64,000 bases of DNA from Oopsacas minuta (lineage: Eukaryota; Animalia; Porifera), in NCBI GenBank assembly GCA_024704765.1, contig JAKMXF010000133.1, positions 62,001-126,000 of the forward strand, read 5' to 3'. The notes beneath the pieces are model-generated. The model was not told the DNA's origin, ran no database searches, and worked only from the letters and a program-made list of their open reading frames with translations. The position numbers and the translations under genes were made by a program. Position 1 is the first letter of the stretch; the number at the start of each line of letters is the position of its first letter. Of this stretch, positions 56,283 through 64,000 are shown piece by piece.

Positions 56283-59221
56283 TTTGTTGTTTTGTTTTTT
56301 CGAACTTATTGAGGAACTGGTAAGAGCTACAAACTTGAAATTTGGTACGTGTGTGGAATGTGATTAATCAAGGAACCACTTCATATATCTAAGCGATATC
56401 TCTCAAACTCTCTGAGAAAAGGTGACAAATGTGTCCACCTATCAGATTTTAGTGTTTACTTGAAATAATAGCAACAAACAAACTTACTGAAAGACAGCTG
56501 ATCCATAGGATTTGAAACTGGTGGACCCTCTGGATAAGGTGTCAATAAATATTCACATTGAGTGAATCTATCAAAAGTGGCATCAACGACAACAGTAGCA
56601 GCTGATTCCGACACAATTACAGAATTAACCAATTCATTTGTGGCTGATAAAGTACAAGTCACTATTAATTCAAACTGTGTCGGGTTAGAATTGTCTGTCG
56701 GTGGTAACCATGTAAAGGCAAAGGAATGTGAGTCAATGGTTGCACAAGTATGTGTGTAAACAACATTCCTTGTTGGTAGAGACTTCTCTAAAATAAACAA
56801 ATAAACAATAACTGAAAGAGAAGAAGGAATTTTATTGGGGTACTCACCAGGTGGCATGCTGGCAGGTGTTACTAATATATTAATAGTACCAGTAGTTGTT
56901 TGTGTGACATCTAAAAGTGGTTTATCTGCCACTTCATAAGTGAGAGAATACTCAGAAATTGTGGTGTTAAGAGTTGTGTTGAGGTAAATAAATCCAGCTG
57001 TGTCTATGCTTAAAAATAAATAAAAATTTCAAATTTTATGTAAATAATCGTGTTAGAGGTTTGAAAGTGTCAGAATAGAATTCTACGTCACTGTTTACCC
57101 CTAATTAGCAGGTGGAAGCTAGTCTCTGGGACAATTTTGAAATAATCGCCAAAAGGTGTGAACATATGATTAATCATATGATAAATAGGTGTGTTTACAC
57201 TTAATAGAGTGTATTGACCAATAAAATTACAGTTTACAATCAATACAAATACATTACAGTACTCCACCAGACAAATTGTATTAATGGACCATGGATAATG
57301 AGTTTCAAAATTATACAATAGATTGAGGTGTTTGAGTCATTAAATGTGTCGAGTAAACCACATCAACTCATGTGTCAGCCATCTACAATGAGGTCTGGAT
57401 GTGTCCGCGACACATTATCCATGGTTCAAAAGCAATTAATCAGTAATTCAGGATTTTAAGCACACATACCTGAATGGAGAAGCTGTAACTATGGAATAAG
57501 TGAAGTCATCTTGTCCATCTAAATCAGTAACAGAGGGTAGCCGTCCAACAGCTGATCCAACAGGCACGTCAGCTGACACTGTTATAGAAAATGGATCTAT
57601 AGCAATGACTGGGGAATGTTCATTCACATTCCTGAGATAGACAGTTGCTGAGGACTCGTCCTTGCTCTGTACTTCAATACTTCCATTTATTGAGAGTTTT
57701 ACGGTAACAGAAAATGAGTAATTTGTGGTACCTTTGGATAGAATATATTAACACCTGTGAATGTGTCGCTTGTCATAATTTTAATCCATTAAGGTTCCAA
57801 TATGAAAGTGTCAAAATGTGTCCTTGTACCATAATTTAAATATCATTAAATGGTAAGTTGAGTCCAGATTGAAACAAAATGTGTCTTACTGCCACAATCT
57901 AACACCTAACTCACCAGAATCAAAGTCAAATGGGCTTGCCTGGTTACTAACTTCTCCAGTGGAAGCGTCAATCTGAAAAACCATTTCAGGTTGTGGCACG
58001 GAGTACAGAAATGAACTTGTAGCCACAATTGAAGTGTTTCTATTAGCTGCCACAAATCCAATTTCAGTGTGAAGTGCCACGTCCTCTCTGAGGAGGAAGT
58101 GGTACTCTGTTTGTTGGAATATTGGATCCTCTGGTTCTAGAATAGGACAATGGGTCAGTTAGCTGTCTCTCCAAAGGTGTGAATATCCCTAACCACAGAT
58201 AGCACCCAATGTGACACTTTTATATGGCACATATATTAGCCAAATTATAAACTAACCATCTGGAGTGCGGGCAGCTATGACAGTAATTTCTATAGTGGCA
58301 TTTGCTGATTGAGGTGGCACACCAGAATCTGTAGCCACTACTTCATACATAGTTACACCAGGTGTGAAAGTGGTTGAAGTAGTTATGCCACCTTCCTCTG
58401 TCACTGAAATAGGGCTAGTTCCATTTCCAGGTGGTGTTATTGAATAACCTAATCAAATACGAGGGTTACTAACCAAAAAAGGCGCCAAAATATATATTGA
58501 AAAGGCGGGTATTATGAGCGGGGAAAGTAAAATGGGCAAAATAGTGAACTTCATAGAAACATAATAAAGCAGTTGGAATGCTGTGTTATATGTAATACAA
58601 CTTACTAATGCAATTATAAGGATTCCCATCAATATCTACAGCTGATACAAATCCAATTAGTGAATCAGCTGTTTGATCTTCTGTGAAAGTGAATGAGTAA
58701 CTACTAGATGATAGCATAGGAATGTTGTCATTAATGTCTGTAATAAATATTGTTATGTTTGTTGTGGCAACGTAGTCGTGGGTTTGGAATGTGTAAGTAG
58801 TACTTATCTGGAAGTGAATTGGAACTAAAATATTATTCATAAAACAACAATAAATAAACAACAATTTTTTGATTGGTTACCTGAAGTAAGTGTCTCGTAA
58901 TCTGGCGCGTCAATTGCGGTTACAACATTATAATTAGTGTCAATACTAAACATGTTAGTTCCAATTACAGAAGGTGTTAAAATGATACCAACCTCATTTG
59001 TAATAGGATTCAAATTACCAATTATCTCTCCAACTGAAGTGTGTTCTGGAACTAAGAATGTATAATCAGCTGGGGAGAATACTATTGGTGGAATAGGTGT
59101 AAAAACTGTCAATACTTCACAGGTAAACACAATTATGATCTAAAATCATAAATATAAACAAAGGTGTGAAAATATGAATATAAATACTTACAAGGAAAAT
59201 ACTGTATGAAGTGTGTATCAT
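44797..59221 (-). CDS. Large multi-exon surface receptor: signal peptide - cadherin repeats - FN3-like - NIDO - AMOP - VWD - EGF/cbEGF - TM (single-gene model inferred)
   Basis: Signal peptide MIHTSYSIFLIIIVFTC. Cadherin motifs ITDINDNIP, VVATDSGVPP and LRNVNEHSP. FN3-like FTWLPP. NIDO motifs VSNKGTISF, IAPFWANID, ATW and FQAVVLSDG. Cys-rich AMOP-like CCYS. VWD start GFGDPHFITFDG. EGF motifs DVDECQ and DMNECT. TM followed by tail RSWRRRGRREESTESEIESGTNFKIFKNH*. Junctions between ~53.2 and 56.2 kb were not fully resolved. Confidence 0.65.
49873..51054 (+). CDS. SEC14-like lipid-binding protein (CRAL-TRIO plus GOLD), intronless, nested antisense in the receptor gene
   Basis: LIKWLRARKLN, GEDREGRPV, VDLEGLGLHH, EDNYPETMARILV, LPQCYGG and GOLD motifs WIFKTNNYDINF and GIYILYFDNTYSWFHNKEV. 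It resembles the SEC14L2 group. Confidence 0.92.
   Translation: MATPDPEFDTKEFSEEERMALLELRALILDILPERHNFDNDTILIKWLRARKLNPAKAEKMIRQHFAYLETNCLNYIDKWRPPEVLTKYLPYGSFGEDREGRPVVYFRFGQMDVSGVSRSASKIELLKIMHKNTKLLEDIYITNSAKYGRKIDQLVLVVDLEGLGLHHFYPRGLSYLKALIRGSEDNYPETMARILVITNSPVFHLGWEFAGHFIDEGTKKKIQFIRQSECEEKLTQFITPQELPQCYGGTATFPDTISQGGIVPEKYYLKNILDERQLELSLVPVNARSYVQIHIEVLAPKSILCWIFKTNNYDINFAIYFQPLGDTNTSPITDLKCVCTLQRCDSQVVPCKGDIMCHMAGIYILYFDNTYSWFHNKEVHYMCHIVPPDTYF
51458..52265. mobile_element. 808-bp non-autonomous TIR DNA element (TGT...ACA ends, candidate 4-bp AAAC TSD)
   Basis: The outer 29 bp TGTTTTGACAAAAATGGTCCCCCCTACAA match the right end at 28/29 positions. An inner 24-bp block CCATGGTATTGAATAAAAATGGTC (51519-51542) is exactly inverted at 52209-52232. 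Confidence 0.75.
53417..55478 (+). pseudogene. Helical-module plus NHL-like propeller protein, copy 2, with +1 frameshift near the C-terminus; nested antisense in the receptor gene
   Basis: Near-duplicate of 19892-21757. It reads gacctgtcCtggagaa where copy 1 has gacctgtctggagaa (~55338), shifting GEFIETVCETG...DNCLQML into the frame of ORF 55278-55478. It could be a real truncation or a sequence error. Confidence 0.6.
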
Positions 59222-59482
59222 CTTATTATAGCTAATTATAGAAGTCTATTACAGGAAATTGGAACTTAAAGTATTATACAATATATTCAGGTGTTATAAA
59301 ATGGAACTATTAATTTGGATAGTTCCTATTACAGTAAAAGTGTGAAAATATGAATTTTAAGAAAATCATTAATAAGGAACAACAAAATATTAATAAAGTG
59401 ATAAAAGAGGAAAAATAATAAAGAATAAGTCAAAAGTAAACAAATAACCTAACTAGTAAATAACAACAAAGATAGGTGTGAA

Positions 59483-62400
59483 TCAGCTGGGTAGATGCGC
59501 GCTACAGAACAGCTGATGATCTCTAATTAACAGCTGGGAGGAAGTTAATCGACGCTTGCAAACAGAGCACTTTATACAAGTTATGTGCATTATCTAAAGT
59601 AAATATATAACAGCTGTTACAACCTGAGGACACACGGACCACTTTGTGGCACACGGGGGACAGCAGGGGAACCACATGATCTCAAAATTGAATAGCAGTC
59701 TATAGGAGGGGTCCAAAGAATTGGTAGAGAGGGTCCAAGTGTGGAAAAGGTTGGGAGCACTGGATTAATCATATTGTTATTTGTGTTTGTTTATGGCAAC
59801 GCACACCCAGATTTGAGATTCGATATTTACAGACAAGGTGTGAAATTCACAAATGGTTTGTGGCAAAATTCCTCATCAATAAATAATGGTAAACAAACAA
59901 ACAAACAAACAAAAAACAAACAAAAACAAACCCGTCCATCAGCTATGAATTTCTCAGTTGGATAAACTCTCAATTGGCAGGTAACACAAAATTCCTCTTT
60001 CGAGTGGCTTACTGCCAGTTTTCTAACAGCTACAGGCTAGTAAACAATGTAAATAATAATAAAAACAATAATTGAAAATATAAACACTCGTTGCTATGGA
60101 AAGCTACTCTGGAATGTGAGAATATTAACCAATTAAATTACCTCTTTGGGTTTGTTTTCTAAATTGTGTTGGACAGCTATAAAAAGGAAACAGATAAATA
60201 AATAAATAAATAAGTAATGCCACTTCATGCCACTTACACTCAGAAGGTTGTGAGTTACGTATTTCACCTTTCCTCTTCAAGCTAGCAATAGAAATGTGTC
60301 CACGAGTGGCTTCTAAATACAGGACACAATTATGAATAATGCAAATCTGATTTAGTTCCATAAAGAATAATAAACACCTGTTAGTTCCAATGTACGAGGT
60401 GTCATTTGACCACTTTTCAAATCAGTTGTAAAATTCTTGTAATTCGTAGCAGAAATCTGTCAAAAAAAGTGGCATAAAGTGGCATGAAATGGTTATTAAT
60501 AACAATAGCTTATTGATAAGTATATAAAGGTAAACAAAAAAGGCCCTAAAAATATGCAAAATGCTGAATCTTGTTTATGATTCGCTAGCAGATGATAGTA
60601 AACAAAGTAGTAAACAAGTATATGTATTTGTGTCGCTGTGGAATGTCCAATTGTCCCATTATTTAGCACCCTCGTATAACATTGTCTCATAATATATTTT
60701 CTCCCAAATCAGGTGACGTTTGATTTCAATTAACTCATCTCTCTCTCGGATCAGCTGATCCAAATCCAATTCCTCACAGCTGGAATTAATTGAACATTTT
60801 TGGCGGTATTTATTTAGCGCCTTATTTTGGTGAAGTTTATGTTTTTTAAATTTTACAAACTCTTGTTCTGCTTGGTTGAGTTTTGAGGCGCGCAAAAGTT
60901 CTTGGAGATTATGGCGCGCGTCTATTTCTAGGAGTTTGTTCATATCCAAAAGTGGGTCTATTTTAGGATATGTTTCAGTTGCGATTGAGCGCCAATCTGG
61001 AACCAAAAGTTCAGAGATAGTTCCGTAACGCTCCAAAAATTCTGTAATCCCACTCATATGTTTGTTGTTGTTTTGTTTACATGTTGTTTACATATTTATA
61101 GAAAGTTAAGAATGTATATATGATATAAGAAACTATTCTGTTATTATGTCCTTACAGCTCTCTGTCTAAATTGAATTATGAGATATTACATATGGCATCA
61201 AAACCATTTATTTGCGACACAATGGACACATTTTGGAAAAATAAAATTTGATAAAAAGGACAATTCTTACAGATTTGGCATTATTCATAAATTCTATTTA
61301 CAAAAGGTAAATTCAAGAATAATAAAAATAGCAGTCATTTTGTGTTATGGAACTGGAACTAGAAGAAAAGCTGAGTAATTAAATCTTGGTGTAAACTTTT
61401 CACTACTGGCGGGTAAATTCCAATTCGGCGCCAAAAAATACGCGCGCATTCTAAAATTCAAATTAGAATAGTGCCCAAAAACCCGAGATGTTATTAGTGA
61501 TTAATTATATGAATTGTGTCGCAATGTGTCTCACAAGGTGGTCGGGTAGCTCTGAGTTACTTGTTCTCTGAATAGTGGCAGTTGTTTGTGATGATATTAG
61601 TTTCCAACTCTCAGCTGGAGGAATGAGCGCATCATCATCACTACTTGAGTTTAACACATCTTGAGTTGATACAACTCTATCGTCTGGACCTGTAAACAAC
61701 AACAAATAAACAAACAAACAAACAAACAAACAAACAAATAATAACATACTTTTAGGAGATTGTTCGGGTGCTTCAGGGGGTCTCCGTTTCACCGGTATTT
61801 CCTCTGACAGTTCAGTATCATGTCCCTTATCTTTATTAAGCTATTAATAGAACTGATACTAAAAATAGAACTTAACCATAATTCTTATATTAATATTAAC
61901 CTGCAAAAGAAGATCATTCTGTTGTCCTTTGAACTTTATCATATGAGCTATGCGGGGTGTAAATAATATTTTGTTTGTGTGTGTGTTTGTGCGTGTGTTT
62001 GTTTGTTTATTTGTTTGTTTGTTTGTTTGTTTGTTTGTTTGTTTGTTTGTTTGTTTGTTTGTTTGTTTGTTTGTGTGTGTGTGTGTGTTAGTTTGTTTAT
62101 TTGTTTGTGTGTGCGTGTGTTTGTTTGTTTGTTTGTTTGTTTGTTTGTTTTTTGTTTGTTTGTTTGTTTACCTAAAGTATCTTGGAGTTGACTAAGTTGT
62201 TGTTCATGAATTTCCAATTGTTCTTTAATGTTTTTGTGTTCAGATTTTGCTTCTTCTAACGAGGACTTTGATTGGTCAGCTCTTTCACGCGCCTCTTGTA
62301 CCACTTGTGGCTGTTTAGATGCCATTGACACCTTTCTGAGCTGTATTTGAGCCTGTTCATATGAAAAGCTGCGTCTGCGTATCTAATTAGTAAATATAAA

Positions 62401-63738
62401 CGAAAATAAGTAAACTAATAAACAACCAATCAACTCACAGCATCATCAGCCTTTTTAAGTTGCAGCTGTAATTCTGTTTGTTTGTCAAGATGAATCTGAT
62501 TGGCTGTTGTGGCTTGTGTGACTAATTTTTCATGTTTATCAATCTGGGACTGAATTTCAGATTCTTGTTTACTTATTTTACTGGTAGTAGACACCAAACT
62601 GGAACCATCCTATAAAAACAACAACAAATAACAACAACAAATAAAATAATATTAATAACAACAAACCACAGATTCTGGATAATTATTTTCAGCATTGTAA
62701 GACAATTTTAGACCACCTGGCGTTCTGCCACCTCTCGCACGTCCTTTTGGTTCCGCAGGTGACACTCTGTCACTTTTCTTATCTTGTAGTGTTTGAGTAA
62801 ATGTATTCTCAAAATGTTTCATGTCTAATTTCTGAGAAGTCATTGGTTCTGTTCTGAAAACATTTGGATCTGGTTTAGAAATCCTTAGTTCTAGTTTAGA
62901 ATTTCTTGGATCTGGTTTAGAAATCCTTAGTTCTGGTTTAGAATTTCTTGGATCTGGTTTAGAAATCCTTAGTTCTGGTTTAGAATTCCTGAGCTCTGGT
63001 TTAGAATTTCTTGGTTCTGGTTTAGAAATCCTTAGTTCTGGTTTAGAATTCCTTAGTTCTGGTTTAGAAGGTTTTGGTTCCACTTTAGAGATCTTTGGTT
63101 CTCGTACAGGAATTTTGTGAGATTGTGTCGGAGGAGTTGTCACCTCAGAAAACGCGTCTATTTCCAATTGTAAGTCATAGCCAATCAAATCAAGTTCATT
63201 AAGTATTGCATCTAAATCGTCATCTAAACAACAACAAATATACAAATATGTTTACTTACTAATATATTCATATCACAACTCACTGCTGTCGGATAATATA
63301 CTGTTCCTCTCAGCTGACTTCTGACCAATCAGCTGATCAGGTTTGGCAGGTGATTTCGGACCAATCAGCTGATCAGGTTTATTCTGTCCAATTAATTTAC
63401 TGGACTTAATAGGTGTTACTTCTTTTGGTTCCGGTTCAAGGGAAGAACAGCTGTCAGATCCAGATGGAAGTTCCAATACATTAGCTAAAGAATAACACCT
63501 GTAAACCTTGCAATAGATTGGTTGAATATTACAACGTACAAATAGTGACAACAGCTGGAGTAGATTTCTTAATTGGAACTGACACATTCCTTCTACGACT
63601 ATCCGTTACCCTGGTTACACCAGAAGTATGTATAATTATATTTTCCTTTACAGCTGGTTTGGGTGGCTGAATATTTATTGGTTCTATTTCATTCTCAGAG
63701 AGAGGAGGTGGAGGCGTGAAAACTTCTGGCTGATTCAT
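59483..63738 (-). CDS. Pro-rich/coiled-coil protein with heptad tandem repeats and a C-terminal LIM domain, multi-exon
   Basis: Spliced C-terminus CVTCQLRVYPTEKFIADGR|IMHITCIKCSVCKRRLTSSQLLIRDHQLFCSAH gives C-x2-C-x17-H-x2-C-x2-C-x2-C-x17-C-x2-H. Phases are compatible from the donor at 61535 through the acceptor at 60456 to the end. An unspliced read-through would stop at 61505. Confidence 0.65.
60659..61057 (-). CDS. Degenerate Maf/CNC-like bZIP protein, intronless
   Basis: KLLEIDARHNLQELLRASKLNQAEQEFVKFKKHKLHQNKALNKYRQK aligns with the Maf EHR and basic region (EELV.MSVRELN..LRGLS.EE...LKQ.RRTLKNRGYA..CR.K), followed by a short zipper. Confidence 0.55.
   Translation of the reverse strand: MSGITEFLERYGTISELLVPDWRSIATETYPKIDPLLDMNKLLEIDARHNLQELLRASKLNQAEQEFVKFKKHKLHQNKALNKYRQKCSINSSCEELDLDQLIRERDELIEIKRHLIWEKIYYETMLYEGAK
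61975..62170. repeat. (GTTT)n/(GT)n compound microsatellite in an intron
   Basis: A long gttt run with gt interruptions. Confidence 0.95.
62865..63075 (-). repeat. Coding 21-bp tandem repeat, about 10 copies, SK(P/L)(E/D)(L/P)R(N/I)
   Basis: Repeated ttctggtttagaa... units translate to SKPELRN SKPELRI SKPEPRN and so on. Confidence 0.9.
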
Positions 63739-64000
63739 CTAAAAGATTTGTATTACTGGACTATGGATATATGACAAATACGCTTCCCTATTTGATTATT
63801 ATAAATTTTGGGGCGCGTCTTTAGCCCAAACTTAAGATGTTTGCGTTTGTCCAAATATCAAAATCGGAATTATCCTAACGCACACATCTGAAAATGGAAC
63901 TAATACATACGCCCCTATTGAACCATGGATAGAGAATGCGTCTAAATTATGTAGAATAACATACAAGCAGATAAACAAATCCACCATCTATGGTTATATA

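Noticed and set aside
4176-58080. Numerous 60-160 aa ORFs antisense to real genes (e.g. 4176, 6373, 17071, 33100, 35435, 39435, 43606)
   Set aside because: They are shadow frames of identified coding sequences with no independent motifs.
61950-62195. Cys/Leu/Phe/Val-rich ORFs resembling TM proteins
   Set aside because: They are translations of the (GTTT)n microsatellite.
1-64000. Prokaryotic, viral or defence-island interpretation; tRNA, rRNA or SL RNA genes
   Set aside because: Spliceosomal introns and metazoan housekeeping genes occur throughout. No cloverleaf, rRNA segment or confidently identifiable SL RNA was seen by eye.

Overview
AT-rich, gene-dense eukaryotic (animal) DNA with short GT-AG introns and many intronless genes. 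The compactness, the AAAC/GTTT intronic microsatellites and the intronless NHL-propeller genes suggest a sponge, possibly a glass sponge such as Oopsacas; this is an inference, not a database match. Recognisable genes are ATP6AP2 (3' part), GUK1 (5' half only), ACADVL, TSEN34, an FSIP2-like gene, MEPCE, SPRTN, three divergent Rab-like GTPases, an LRR receptor, four LAMP-domain paralogs, MED17, four calmodulin-like genes, a DNAJA-type gene, TBC1D20, an orphan ~7TM protein, a SEC14-like (CRAL-TRIO/GOLD) gene, a large cadherin-FN3-NIDO-AMOP-VWD-EGF-TM receptor, a degenerate Maf-like bZIP and a C-terminal LIM protein. The most unusual observations are these. (1) Genes are repeatedly nested in other genes' introns, including four calmodulin-like genes inside one 8-kb MED17 intron. 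(2) Splice-acceptor-like signals sit immediately before most start codons, and same-strand genes are very closely spaced, which fits SL trans-splicing or operons. (3) The DNAJA-type gene has no J-domain and no CaaX box. (4) An NHL-propeller cassette is duplicated into two unrelated host sites. (5) The LAMP paralogs form a six-cysteine array. (6) A TGT...ACA TIR element makes up most of one intron. Exon boundaries were read by hand and may be off by a few bases. No rRNA, tRNA or CRISPR array was seen.
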